Below are positions 50,660 to 61,066 of a stretch of DNA of 64,000 nucleotides, piece after piece. The translations under genes and the position numbers were made by a program. This stretch comes from an uncultured Chloroflexia bacterium (lineage in GTDB: Bacteria > Chloroflexota > Limnocylindria > Limnocylindrales > CSP1-4), in the NCBI GenBank assembly GCA_963708065.1, contig CAVPRZ010000011.1:524915-588914 (forward strand), read 5' to 3'. Each line of letters opens with the position of its first letter. Position 1 is the stretch's first letter. Under the pieces are notes generated by a model. The model was not told the origin of the DNA, did not search any database, and was given only the letters and a program-made list of their open reading frames with translations.

Positions 50660-52790
50660 TTGAGCCCCAAGCGAACCGAACGTGAGGCGATGGACGATCT
50701 CGACCTGCTCCTGGCGGCCCTCCCGCCGGAGGTCGTCGAGGCCGTCCACGGACTGCCCGCCAAGGAGGAGCTGATCGAGGTCGTCCTGGACCTTGGCCGC
50801 CGCCCCGAGGCCCGCTTCCCGGACAGCGAGGTCATCCTCCTCGATCGCGAGGTCGGCGAGATCGACATCGCCTACGTCGTCGACCACATCGGCTCGTTCG
50901 GGGACGACAACCGGGCCGGGATCGAGCGCACGCTCCACCGGATCAGCGCGATCCGCAACCGGAACGGCAAGATCGTCGGGCTTACCTGCCGCATCGGCCG
51001 GGCCGTCTACGGCACGATCGAGATCATCGACGACTTCGTCGAGTCGGGGAAGTCGATCCTCATCATGGGCCGGCCCGGGATCGGCAAGACGACGATGCTT
51101 CGCGAGGCGGCCCGGGTGCTCGCCGACGACCTCGGCAAGCGGGTCGTCGTCGTCGACACGAGCAACGAGATCGCCGGCGACGGGGACATCCCGCACCCGG
51201 CGATCGGCAAGGCCCGTCGGATGCAGGTCCGCACGCCGTCGCTCCAGCACGAGGTGATGATCGAGGCGGTCGAGAACCACATGCCCCAGGTCATCGTCAT
51301 CGACGAGATCGGGACCGAGCTCGAGGCGCAGGCCGCGCGGACGATCGCCGAGCGCGGCGTCCAGCTCATCGGGACGGCCCACGGCAACAACCTCGACAAC
51401 CTGATGCTCAACCCGACCCTGTCCGACCTGATCGGCGGGATCCAGAGCGTGACCCTCGGCGACGAGGAGGCCCGCCGGCGGCGGACCCAGAAGAGCGTCC
51501 TCGAGCGGAAGGCGCCGCCGACCTTCGACGTGATCATCGAGATCCAGGACCGCGAGCGGGTGATGGTCCACGGCGATGTCGCGGACACCGTCGACGCGAT
51601 GCTCCGCGGCGACCCGGTCGCCCCGGAGCTGCGCTGGCGCGACGAGGAGGGCGTCCATCGCTCCCAGGCGCGACCGCGACCGTCGCCCCGCGACCAGCTC
51701 GGCGCCGAGCGGTTCGCCGGGCTCGTCGGCAGCGGCTCGGCGTGGCGGATGGAGCCCGGCTGGCGTGGCGACGGCTCGTACCGGGGCGGCTATCGGGACA
51801 CCGGCCCGGGCGCGGCGGGGACCGGGTCCGGTTATCGGCCGGGCTACCGTCCCGGAGCGAGCGGCGGCTGGCGCCAGACGCGTGGCGGGTCCGGCCGGGA
51901 GACCGGATCGCGCGAGCCGGAACACCGACCCGGGTACCCCGGAGGGTGCTCCGGGAACGCTGCCCGGCGAGCGCTTCGCCGTCCCGCCGACGTCGGGCGG
52001 CCGCGGCCGTGCCGGGACGCCGGTGGCCGACGCGCCGTTCGTCGCCGGGGAGATCGCCGACCGCGGACCGCTCGAGCGGGCCGTCGCCCCGGCGCCCGAG
52101 CCACGCGCCCGGGACGCCCGCGAATGGCAGCGCCAGCAGGAGTGGCGCGAGCAGGCGACCAGGGCGATCGGCCAGCTCAAGGCCGACGAGGGCACCGCAC
52201 CGGTCAACGCCGACGACCTCGACGCCGACGACGAGGCGGTGGCCGACGTCGTCCGCGAGCGCGCCGCCGAAGCCGAACCGGACGGCGGGGTCCTCCGGGT
52301 CGAGGGCGCCGGCGTCCTGCCGACGCTGCGGGTCCTCCCCCACGGCGTGAGCCGCAAGCGCCTCGAGCAGGCGATCCGCGAGCTGCAGCTGCCGGTCGTG
52401 ATCGCCCACGACATCGATGAGACCGACGTCGTCATGACCCTGCGCAGCGAGTATCGCCAGAAGACCCCGGTGCTCCGCGAGGCCGAGGACCGGGCGATGC
52501 CGATCTACGTCCTGAAGAGCAACACGATCCTCCAGATGCAGGCCAGCCTCACCTCGATCTTCTCGCTCGAGGTCGATCCCCGCGAGGCCGCGCTGCGCGA
52601 GACCGAGGAGGCGATCGGGCTCGTCCAGCGCCAGTCCGAGGCGGTCGAGCTCAGCCCGCAGAATGCCTACATCCGGCGTCTCCAGCACCAGATGGCCGAG
52701 CGGGCGAACCTCGTCTCGCGATCGCGCGGCCGCGAGCCGTACCGGCGGGTCCGGCTCTACCCGGACCCGGCCCGCTCCAGCTGGCGATGA
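50660..52790 (+). CDS. SpoIIIAA-like AAA ATPase + R3H domain nucleic-acid-binding protein (Ycf45-like); apparent frameshift in Gly/Arg-rich linker (about 51650-52000)
   Basis: The N-terminus carries a Walker A ([13 protein letters not shown]) and Walker B (VIVIDEIGT). The C-terminus, in another frame, carries an R3H-like region ([28 protein letters not shown]...[18 protein letters not shown]). Confidence 0.65.
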
Positions 52791-52827
52791 CGGGGGCCGC
52801 CGTCAACGCGTCCCGCGTCGCCGGCGC

Positions 52828-53274
52828 GTGAACGCCGGCCACCGTCTCGGCCGCGACGGCTCGCGGCTTTCGATCCTCTACGACCGCGAGTGCGGGATCT
52901 GCGGGCTCACCGCCCGATCGCTCCGGCGCTGGGATCGTGGCGACCGGTTCGCCATCGTTCCGCTCCAGGAAGCCGCCCGGAGCCGCGACCCGCACCTGGT
53001 CGAGGTCGCAGCCGCCTACGCGCTCGAGGATGAGCTCCACGTCGTCGACGAGGCCGGACGGGTGGCAACGGGGGGCGACGCTGCCCTGGCGATCATCGAC
53101 GCGCTGCCCGGTGGACGAGCCCTCCGCCCGTGGGCCGCGCTGCCGCCCTTCCGCGCGCTCGCGCGGCTCGCCTATGCCCGGGTCGCACGGAACCGGCGCG
53201 CGATCGGTCGGCGGCTGGGTCTCGAGCTGGCCTGCGAGGCGCCCGCGAACGGCGATCGATCGAGCCGCGGTTGA
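52828..53274 (+). CDS. thiol-disulfide oxidoreductase DCC family protein (DUF393)
   Basis: GTG at 52828. The defining motif ILYDRECGICG is present. Confidence 0.7.
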   Translation: MNAGHRLGRDGSRLSILYDRECGICGLTARSLRRWDRGDRFAIVPLQEAARSRDPHLVEVAAAYALEDELHVVDEAGRVATGGDAALAIIDALPGGRALRPWAALPPFRALARLAYARVARNRRAIGRRLGLELACEAPANGDRSSRG

Positions 53275-53313
53275 CCTCGCGGGCCATCTGGGGCGGACGC
53301 CCGCGGGGCGGGG

Positions 53314-53667
53314 TCAGGCGTCGAACCGACGGCCGATGTAGTCGTCCTCGAGCGGCGTCCCGAGGTCGATCCGCATGTCCTCCTGGCGATAGCGCGAGCC
53401 GCAGCCGTGGTAGCACCAGGTCGCCTGCGGGGCGTTGATCGAGCGGCAGTCGCGGCAGACCCACTCCGGGCCGTTCGCGGCGTGACGGTTGCGGTTCGCA
53501 CGGGTGAACCGCTCGCCGAGCTGGGGCAGCGACTGGAGGATGTCGTCGATGGCCGCCTGGAGGAACCGGTAGACCGCGAGCGCAATGACGACGCCGATCG
53601 CTGCGAGCACGAGCGCCTGGACGATGTTGAGCTTTGTCAGGTAGTCCCCGTAATCGCCGAGCGGCAT
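53314..53667 (-). CDS. small membrane protein with C-terminal zinc-ribbon-like Cys cluster (117 aa), hypothetical
   Basis: TM helix LNIVQALVLAAIGVVIALAVY, then CRDCRS...CYHGCGS. Composition is non-repetitive. Confidence 0.6.
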   Translation of the reverse strand: MPLGDYGDYLTKLNIVQALVLAAIGVVIALAVYRFLQAAIDDILQSLPQLGERFTRANRNRHAANGPEWVCRDCRSINAPQATWCYHGCGSRYRQEDMRIDLGTPLEDDYIGRRFDA

Positions 53668-53676
53668 CGTCGGACC

Positions 53677-54132
53677 TCAGCCGAGTGCGAGCTCCCCCCG
53701 GTCGAAGTAAATCCGTTCTCCCCCGAAAAGGCTAGTACGTTGGTCCCATGGGAACAGGATGATGATGCGTAGACGCACCGGCAGCCGGGTCGGTGGCGCC
53801 CCGGCCCACGGGCCGAGGTTCGTGCCGCTGAGGGTCGCCACCTCGAACACGCCCTGCGGCCCGATCACGATGTCGGTCAGCTCGAACGCGTTGTCCGGGA
53901 ACGCCGCGAACAGCTCCGTGTAGAAGGCCCGGGCACCGGCGTGGCCCTCCCAGCGCTGGCCGGTCGGGACGATCTCGTAGACGCAGTCCGGGGCGAGGGT
54001 CGCGACGAGCCCGTCGATATCGCGCCGGTCCTCGGCGATCGAGTGGCGGACCCACAGCCGCTTGATCCGGCGCAGCGTCGCGACGTCGAACGGCCAGCCG
54101 AGGCGTTCCTGGATCGTGGGCTCGGCGGGCAT
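53677..54132 (-). CDS. SnoaL-like / NTF2-superfamily protein
   Basis: ATG at 54132. Cone-shaped alpha+beta NTF2-like composition (DGLVATLAPDCVYEIVPTGQRWEGHAGARAFY). Confidence 0.65.
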   Translation of the reverse strand: MPAEPTIQERLGWPFDVATLRRIKRLWVRHSIAEDRRDIDGLVATLAPDCVYEIVPTGQRWEGHAGARAFYTELFAAFPDNAFELTDIVIGPQGVFEVATLSGTNLGPWAGAPPTRLPVRLRIIILFPWDQRTSLFGGERIYFDRGELALG

Positions 54133-54140
54133 CGACCGGC

Positions 54141-55503
54141 CTAGTGCTCGGTGCCCCCGGTGAACGTCCACGACGCGATCCGGATCGCCGGCACGACCGC
54201 GCCGCCGAGGAAGCCGCGAACGCAGCGCCGCTCACGCCCGACCGCCTCGACACCGGCGAGCGCGTCGAGGTAGCTCTGGGTGTAGCGCAGGTTCTTGACC
54301 GGGCCGACGATCCGCCCGCCCTCGACGAGGAACGTCCCGTCGCGGGTCATCCCGGTCACGATCGCCAGCTTCGGGTGGACCGGGTTCGTGTAGTGGAAGC
54401 GGGTCACCAGGAGCCCCCGCTCGAGCCCGCCGATGAGCTCGTCGCGCGAAGCGGTCCCGGCGCCCATGATCATGTTCAGCGGGAACGGGCCGTACGGGTT
54501 CGGCGCGGGCAGGCCGTGGCCGGTCGACTCGACGCCGCCCCGGGCCGCCGTCTGCGCGTCGTACACGACGTCGCGGCAGACGCCCCGCTCGATGAGCGAG
54601 ACCCGGCGCTTGGCGACGCCCTCGTAGTCGAAGGCCATCGGCAGCCCGAGCGGGTCGGCGCCGTCGTCCCAGATGTCGACGAGGTCGCTCCCGACCCGGC
54701 GGCCCGGCTCGGCGAACGAGCGGCCCTCCTGGACGGCCAGGGCGCTGAAGCCGAGATAGCCGAGCATGTCGAGGATGTCGACGACCGCGTACTCCTCGAG
54801 GACGACCGGGTAGTCGCCCGGCTCGACCGAGACGGCGTTGGCCGTCGCGCGGGCCCTCGCCGAGGCCTCGCGACCGAGCCCGGCCGCGTCGATCGTCGTT
54901 GCGTCGACCGCCGCCGTCTCCGCGTAGCCCGAGCCGCCATCCGCGCCCATCGCGACCACGATCAGCTGCGAGGTCGTGCGCTCGCCGGCCGCGCGGATCC
55001 CGAGCGAGTTCGCCACGGCGATCGCCTCGGTCGTCGTGGCGAACGAGCCGAAGGCCGTCACGCCCGCGTCGTCCGCGGCGGCAATGACCGCCCGGGCGCC
55101 CTCGGCCCGAAGCTCCGGCGACGCCTCCGCGGTCCCGGGCGCGAACGCCGCCGGCAGGTCCGGGATCGGCCTGAGCGGCCCCGGCAGGGACACGAACTCG
55201 TCGTTCTCCTCGACGTTCCGGGCGATCCTTCCGGCGGCCTCGGCGACCGCGCGCAACCCATCGCGATCGAGCCGGCCGGTCGACGCGACGCCGATCCGGC
55301 GGCCCGATGACGAGGCGAAGGTTGAGCTGCGCATTCGTCTCGGCCACGTTCTGGTGGATCTCGCTGTTGGCGAATCGGGTGAGCGCCGAATCGTCCGCCG
55401 TGACGAGGGCCTCGGCCTGGGTCGCGCCCTCGGCGGCCGCCAGCTCGATCGCCTCCTCCGCCAGGCCCAGCCAGGTCCCGGCGCCGGGTCGCTCGGCTAC
55501 CAC
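54141..55503 (-). CDS. TldE/PmbA-family metalloprotease; apparent frameshift near 55290
   Basis: The N-terminal 70 aa (AEALVTADDSALTRFANSEIHQNVAETNAQLNLRLVIG) are in one frame. The remainder (RRIGVASTG...HYTNPVHP...) is in another. Confidence 0.7.
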
Positions 55504-55510
55504 GTCCGGC

Positions 55511-56980
55511 CTACCACTTGCCGACGCCGATCTGGACGTTCCGGAAGCGCGCTCCGCTCACCGCGTGGCCGACGTGGCCACCCTGGCCGGGCTCGCCCTT
55601 GCCGCAGTTCGGGGTCCCGAGCATCTTGTAGCTGCGCTCGTCGCCGACGGCGTCGCACGACCGCCAGAACTCGTAGGTGATCCCGGTGTAGGTCGGGTTC
55701 TTGTAGAGCCGGCCGAGCTTGCCGCCCTTGATCTCGCGCGCCACCTCGGTCGCGAACTGGAAGTTGAGCCGGCGGTCGTCGATCGACCAGCTCCGGTTCG
55801 AGCTGAGGTAGAGGCCGTCATCGGTGTCGGCGACGATCTCCTCGAGGCTCAGCCCGGGCTTGGGCAGGAGGTTGACGTTGGTCATCCGGATGAGCGGGAT
55901 CCGGTTCCAGCCATCGGCGCGCATCGCCCCGCCCGACTGCCGGCCGATCCGCGGCGCCGTCTCGCGACTCGAGAGGTAGCCGACGAAGATCCCCTCGCGA
56001 ACGAGCGGAACCGCCTGCGCCTCGACCCCCTCGTCGTCCCAGCCGAACGTGCCCATCCCGCCCGGCGCGGTGGCGTCGGCGACGATGTCGATCAGGTCGG
56101 AGCCGTAGCGGAAGCCGGACTCGAGCTTGTCGGGGGTCAGGAAGCTCGTGCCCGCGTACGACGCCTCCGTCCCGAACACCCGGTCGAGCTCGGTCGGGTG
56201 ACCGCAGCTCTCGTGGACCTGGAGATAGAGCTGGTTCTGGTCGAGAATGATCGTGGACCGCCCGCTCGGGCACTGCGGTGCGGAGAGGAGCTCGACGGCC
56301 TCCTCCGCGAGGGGTTCCGCAGCGCCGGCGAGGTCGAGATCGCGGACGAGCTCGTAGCCGCCCGCGTTCCACCCGCCGCCCGCATCCGGATAGCTCCGCC
56401 GCTGGTGGTCGTCGCCCTCGATCGCGTTCGCCTCGACCGCCGCGCCGACGTGGGTGATCGTCTGCTCGGTGTAGCTGCCGTCGGACGCAGCGAACGACTT
56501 CCACTCGCGGCGCGCGCCGTAGCTCGTCTCGGTGTAGGCGATTCCCCGAACTCCGGTCGCAGCCTCGTCGGCGGCCAGCAGGTCCCCGATCTTCGCCTCG
56601 AGTGGGATCGCGAACGGGTCCTCGACCAGCGGCGTCTCGTACGTGCCGTGGGCCGGCGGCCGGTCGTCGAGCATGACCGGCCGGCGGAGCGCCGTCGCGC
56701 TGGCCCGGGCGATCCGGACCGCCTGGGCGGCGATCCGGTCGACCTCGTCGGGCTCGAGCCGATGCGAGCTCGCGAACCCCCACGCCCCGTCGACGAGGAC
56801 GCGGATGCCGAAGCCCTCCGTCTCGCCGCTGGCGACCCCCTCGACCCGGCTCGTCTTGATCGCGATCGACTCCTCGAGCCGGCGGACGATCCGGACGTCG
56901 GCATAGCTGGCGCCGCGCAGGGTGGCCGTGGACAGGGCCCGATCGGACAGCTCACGCATGGGGAGGCCAGCGTAGCGCAC
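55511..56980 (-). CDS. tldD: TldD-family metalloprotease (intact)
   Basis: Conserved TldD HESCGH...E motif (VHESCGHPTELDRV) and a glycine-rich C-terminus. Confidence 0.85.
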   Translation of the reverse strand: MRYAGLPMRELSDRALSTATLRGASYADVRIVRRLEESIAIKTSRVEGVASGETEGFGIRVLVDGAWGFASSHRLEPDEVDRIAAQAVRIARASATALRRPVMLDDRPPAHGTYETPLVEDPFAIPLEAKIGDLLAADEAATGVRGIAYTETSYGARREWKSFAASDGSYTEQTITHVGAAVEANAIEGDDHQRRSYPDAGGGWNAGGYELVRDLDLAGAAEPLAEEAVELLSAPQCPSGRSTIILDQNQLYLQVHESCGHPTELDRVFGTEASYAGTSFLTPDKLESGFRYGSDLIDIVADATAPGGMGTFGWDDEGVEAQAVPLVREGIFVGYLSSRETAPRIGRQSGGAMRADGWNRIPLIRMTNVNLLPKPGLSLEEIVADTDDGLYLSSNRSWSIDDRRLNFQFATEVAREIKGGKLGRLYKNPTYTGITYEFWRSCDAVGDERSYKMLGTPNCGKGEPGQGGHVGHAVSGARFRNVQIGVGKW

Positions 56981-57168
56981 GGCGGTGGCCGCCGTGGGGC
57001 GAACGACGGACCGTCAGGAGCTGTCGACCGAGTCGGACGTCGCGGCAGGCCGGAGAGACATCGACATTGCGCCATCGCGACCGATCGGGCACCGTAGGAC
57101 CGGGCCCGGTCGCGGCCGGCCGGTCACCGCAGACACACGACAGGCGCCCAATCGATCGGAGGACACCC

Positions 57169-58446
57169 GTGGCAGGACGCTTCCCGCTGGTGGTTCGTGC
57201 GCTCATCCTCGGCCTGCTCGCCGGGCTCGTCATCGTCCAGGCGGCGCTCGCCGACGGCCCGGCTGCCAGGCGGGCCACCCGCCCATCGAGCCCCGCGACG
57301 GTCGCCGAATCGCTCCACCCGGGCGGGGCGGCCGTGCCCGCCGCGAGCGCGCCGTTCAACTCGGGGGCGGTCGACCTCGCGCTGACCGGGGTCGTCACGA
57401 CCGGCCTCTCCTCACCGCTCTTCGTCACGAACGCCGGCGACGGCTCGGGCCGGCTCTTCGTCGTCGAGAAGGGCGGCCGGATCAAGATCGTCTCGGGCGG
57501 CGCCGTCACGGGCACCTTCCTCGACATCCACACGAAGGTCTCCACGACCGGCGAGCGGGGTCTCCTGGGTCTGGCGTTCCCACCGGACTACCTCACGACC
57601 GGCAACTTCTACATCGACTACACCGACGTGAACGGGAAGATTGCGATCGCCCGCTACCACCGCTCGGGATCCGATCCCGACAAGGCCGATCCGACCGGGT
57701 CGGTCCTCCTCCGGATCGACAAGCCCTTCTCGAACCACAACGGCGGGATGATCGCGTTCGGCCCCGACGGCTACCTGTACATCGGGACCGGCGACGGCGG
57801 CGGCGCCGGCGACCCCGGCAACCGGGCCCAGAACCTCAAGTCGCTCCTCGGCAAGATCCTGCGGATCGACGTCAGCGGGCGGACGCCGGCTCGGCCGTAC
57901 AAGATCCCGGCCAGCAACCCGTGGGTCGGCAAGACCGGGTACGACCAGATCTGGCTGCGTGGCGTGCGCAACCCGTGGCGCTTCTCGTTCGACTCGGCGA
58001 CCGGCGACCTGTGGGTGGGCGACGTGGGCCAGGACCGCTGGGAGGAGGTCGACCGCTCGCCGGCGGTCGGTGGCGGCGGGCGTGGCAAGAACTACGGCTG
58101 GCACGTGATGGAGGGCAAGGCCTGCTACCGGCCGTCGTCCGGATGCAGCAAGGTCGGCAAGAAGCTGCCGCTGGCGGTCTACAGCCACGCCCAGGGTTGC
58201 TCGATCACCGGTGGCTACGTCTACCGCGGCGCTGAGTACCCGGACCTCGTCGGGGGCTACGTGTTCGGCGACTTCTGCTCCGGCCGGATCTGGGCCGTTG
58301 CGGCGCAGGGGGCGGCGTCGCAGTCGCCGCACCTGCTGCTCGACTCGAACCGGCAGATCAGCTCGTTCGGCGTGGCGGAGGACGGGACGCTCTACCTGAC
58401 CGACCTCGGCGGCGGGCTCTACAAGCTGGTCGACACGACCCCCTGA
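57169..58446 (+). CDS. secreted PQQ-dependent sugar dehydrogenase (soluble aldose/glucose dehydrogenase, YliI-like)
   Basis: GTG at 57169 with a GGAGG RBS. The signal peptide is followed by beta-propeller motifs (GRLFVVEKGGRIKIV, NHNGGMIAFGPDGYLYIGTGDGG, RNPWRFSFD). Confidence 0.8.
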   Translation: MAGRFPLVVRALILGLLAGLVIVQAALADGPAARRATRPSSPATVAESLHPGGAAVPAASAPFNSGAVDLALTGVVTTGLSSPLFVTNAGDGSGRLFVVEKGGRIKIVSGGAVTGTFLDIHTKVSTTGERGLLGLAFPPDYLTTGNFYIDYTDVNGKIAIARYHRSGSDPDKADPTGSVLLRIDKPFSNHNGGMIAFGPDGYLYIGTGDGGGAGDPGNRAQNLKSLLGKILRIDVSGRTPARPYKIPASNPWVGKTGYDQIWLRGVRNPWRFSFDSATGDLWVGDVGQDRWEEVDRSPAVGGGGRGKNYGWHVMEGKACYRPSSGCSKVGKKLPLAVYSHAQGCSITGGYVYRGAEYPDLVGGYVFGDFCSGRIWAVAAQGAASQSPHLLLDSNRQISSFGVAEDGTLYLTDLGGGLYKLVDTTP

Positions 58447-58471
58447 CGGCGGCGTCGCTCTCCCGCCCGGG

Positions 58472-59551
58472 TCAGAGCGTCGGGGCGACGCCGATCGCCT
58501 GCGACGTCAGGAAGAGCCCGAGCGCGAAGACGACGAACCCGGCCATCAGCGGGGCGTGGGGCGCCACCCGCCCGAGGCGTGAGCTCGACGGGAGGCCGTC
58601 GAGCCGGTCGCGGGCGAGGACGAGCCCGAGCCCGACGCCGCCGAGCACGACGGCCATCCCGAGCCCGAACGCGACGACCAGGACGAGCCCGTAGGCCGCC
58701 CGGCCGGTCGCGATCGTCGCCAGCAGGATGATGAGGGCGTTCGTCGAGGGGATGATCCCGCCGGCAAGCCCGAGCACGAACAGGCTCCGCCAGGTCAGGC
58801 GCGAGCCGTCGGCGGGGAGGTGGCTGTGGGTGATCCCGCCGTGGGCATGCGAGCCGTCAGGGGCGAGCTCGGCCTCGTCGTGCGCGTGCTCGTGGTCGTC
58901 CGTGTCGTGGACGTGGACGTGGACCCCGTCCTGCCGGTCGTCGTGGTCGCCCGCGGCGTGACGGGCCCGGCGCGCCCGCAGCTGGCCGCCGAGCAGCCAG
59001 GCCCCGATCCCGAGGACGAGGATCCCTGAGGCGACCGGGGCCCAGCGGTTGAACGTCTCCGGCGGCAGGACGCCACGGAGCGCCACGACCACCGCCGCGA
59101 GGACGACGATCCCGAGCGTGTGCGAGACGGTCACGCTCAGCCCGAGCGCGATGGCGTGGACCGGCGTCCCACGCGTGCCGACGAGGTACGCCCCCATCAG
59201 CGTCTTGCCGTGGCCAGGGGTCAGGGCATGCCCGGCCCCGAGGACCATCGCCGCGACGAAGGATCCGAGCAGGACGAAGGGGGTCAGGTCGCGAGCCTCG
59301 AGGAGGCCGGAGATCTCGCCGCCGACCCCGCCCGGGACGGCCCCCGAGGCGACCGTCGACGGCGCCGACTCCGCCTGCGCCGGGACCGCTGCGGCCGCCG
59401 GCGCGATGCCCGAGCCGCCACCGGCCCGGCCGGGCGCACCCCCGTCGTCCGGACCCTGGGCCGCCACCGGATCGAGCGGGGCCGCGCCAGGCAGCGGGCT
59501 GGCGTCCGGGACGCTGAACCGGGCCAGCTCGGGACCGCCCGGTGACGCCAC
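58472..59551 (-). CDS. NicO/RcnA-family nickel/cobalt transporter with His-rich loop
   Basis: HALTPGHGKT signature. The histidine-rich loop is HVHVHDTDDHEHAHDEAELAPDGSHAHGGITHSH. The true start may be internal, because the N-terminal 80 aa are low-complexity. Confidence 0.7.
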   Translation of the reverse strand: MASPGGPELARFSVPDASPLPGAAPLDPVAAQGPDDGGAPGRAGGGSGIAPAAAAVPAQAESAPSTVASGAVPGGVGGEISGLLEARDLTPFVLLGSFVAAMVLGAGHALTPGHGKTLMGAYLVGTRGTPVHAIALGLSVTVSHTLGIVVLAAVVVALRGVLPPETFNRWAPVASGILVLGIGAWLLGGQLRARRARHAAGDHDDRQDGVHVHVHDTDDHEHAHDEAELAPDGSHAHGGITHSHLPADGSRLTWRSLFVLGLAGGIIPSTNALIILLATIATGRAAYGLVLVVAFGLGMAVVLGGVGLGLVLARDRLDGLPSSSRLGRVAPHAPLMAGFVVFALGLFLTSQAIGVAPTL

Positions 59552-59570
59552 GAGCGAGACGGAACGCTCA

Positions 59571-60209
59571 TCAAGCGGGCTGGGTGAGCAGGCCGGTCGG
59601 ATAGGAGGTGAGCCGGTTCGAGACGGAGGTCGACCGGATCCCGGCTCCCGTCACCGTCACGCCGCTGCCCTGGGCGGTGATCTCGTGCCACCCGAGCCGA
59701 TCGGCGTGCGACGAGTCGGTGAACTCGATCGTCGTCCCGGCGGTGAGCGGAGCCGGAAGGTCGGCGACGTAGGTGCACACGAGGCGCATCGTCTGGAGGC
59801 CCGCCGCCCCGGGCGGGAAGCTCAGGCCCGCGGCCACCGGCGCGAGGGCCAGCGGCCGGCCGGCGACGGTCAGGGACAGCGACGGGGCGAACGCCGGACA
59901 GGCGCTGATCCGCTCGGCCTCGGCCTCCTCGTCGGAGACCGATCCATCGCCGTCGGTGTCGATCCGGAGCTTCTCCTGGAACGTCGGGATCTCGGCCTGA
60001 TCGAGGACGACGTCGAGGATCACCCGGTCGGGCTCGACCCGGATCCCGGCGTAGTGGTTGACCGTGAAGTTCCCGAGGGGGTGGGCGAGCGCCAGTGCCG
60101 GGAGCAGCAGGCCGAGGACGAGCGCGCCGAGGAGGGGAGCGGCCGCGCGACGCCACCGACGGCGGGGTCGGCTCGGGCCGGTCGCAGGGGCTCGGGTCAT
60201 TGGCGGCAT
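59571..60209 (-). CDS. secreted hypothetical protein co-oriented with NicO transporter
   Basis: ATG at 60209. Signal peptide RRWRRAAAPLLGALVLGLLLPALALAHP, with non-repetitive mature sequence. Confidence 0.55.
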   Translation of the reverse strand: MPPMTRAPATGPSRPRRRWRRAAAPLLGALVLGLLLPALALAHPLGNFTVNHYAGIRVEPDRVILDVVLDQAEIPTFQEKLRIDTDGDGSVSDEEAEAERISACPAFAPSLSLTVAGRPLALAPVAAGLSFPPGAAGLQTMRLVCTYVADLPAPLTAGTTIEFTDSSHADRLGWHEITAQGSGVTVTGAGIRSTSVSNRLTSYPTGLLTQPA

Positions 60210-60292
60210 GCTACCGCGGCCGCGCGGTCGGGCCGCTCCGACGACTGGACCCGTGTCCGGCCGCCCGTAGCTCGTCGGGTACACTCGGGCCC

Positions 60293-61030
60293 GTGAGCGA
60301 AGGGCACGGATCGACCGGCCGCGGCTGGTTCATCACGATCGAGGGACCGGACGGTGCCGGCAAGACGCTCGTCGCGGATCGCCTCCGGCGCGCGCTCGAG
60401 GAGCGCGGGTTCCACGTCCGCGCGACCCGTGAGCCCGGTGGGACCCGGGTCGGCGAGCGTGTCCGCCGGATCGTCCTCGACCATGAGCCCGACGATGCGC
60501 CGCTCGACCCGCGGACGGACGCCCTCCTGTTCACGGCTGCCCGGGCCCAGCTCGTCGCCGAGGTCATCCGGCCGGCCCTCGCCCGCGGTGAGCTCGTGCT
60601 CGACGCGCGGCACGCCGACTCGACCCTCGCCTACCAGGGCTACGGCGGCGGGCTCCCGGTGGCGACCCTGCGCGAGCTCCAGGCCTTCGCGACGGGCGGT
60701 CTCCGCCCGGACCTGACGCTCCTCCTCGACGTCCCGGTCGAGGTCGGCCTGGCCCGCAAGCAGGCCGATGAGCAGACCCGGTTCGAGGCGGTCTTCGACC
60801 TCGGCTTCCACCGCCGCGTCCGCGACGGGTACCTCGAGCTCGCGCGGGAGGAGCCGGACCGGTTCGTCGTCCTCGACGCGACCGCCGCCGTCGACTTGGT
60901 GGTCGAGCGCGGGCTGACGGCGATCCTGGCGCGGATCGGCACGGCAGCTGAACCGGCTCCTCGACCGGTGCGCGTCCAGACGATGACGGTGGACCGGCCA
61001 AGGCGAGCCCGGCAGGCGCTCCCGGCGTGA
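60293..61030 (+). CDS. tmk: thymidylate kinase
   Basis: GTG at 60293. P-loop FITIEGPDGAGKT, DR(Y/H) motif and LID region. The upstream part of the ORF is non-coding-like. Confidence 0.85.
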   Translation: MSEGHGSTGRGWFITIEGPDGAGKTLVADRLRRALEERGFHVRATREPGGTRVGERVRRIVLDHEPDDAPLDPRTDALLFTAARAQLVAEVIRPALARGELVLDARHADSTLAYQGYGGGLPVATLRELQAFATGGLRPDLTLLLDVPVEVGLARKQADEQTRFEAVFDLGFHRRVRDGYLELAREEPDRFVVLDATAAVDLVVERGLTAILARIGTAAEPAPRPVRVQTMTVDRPRRARQALPA

Positions 61031-61066
61031 TCGCCGACTGTCGAGCGGGATGACGCCCGGGTCGAG

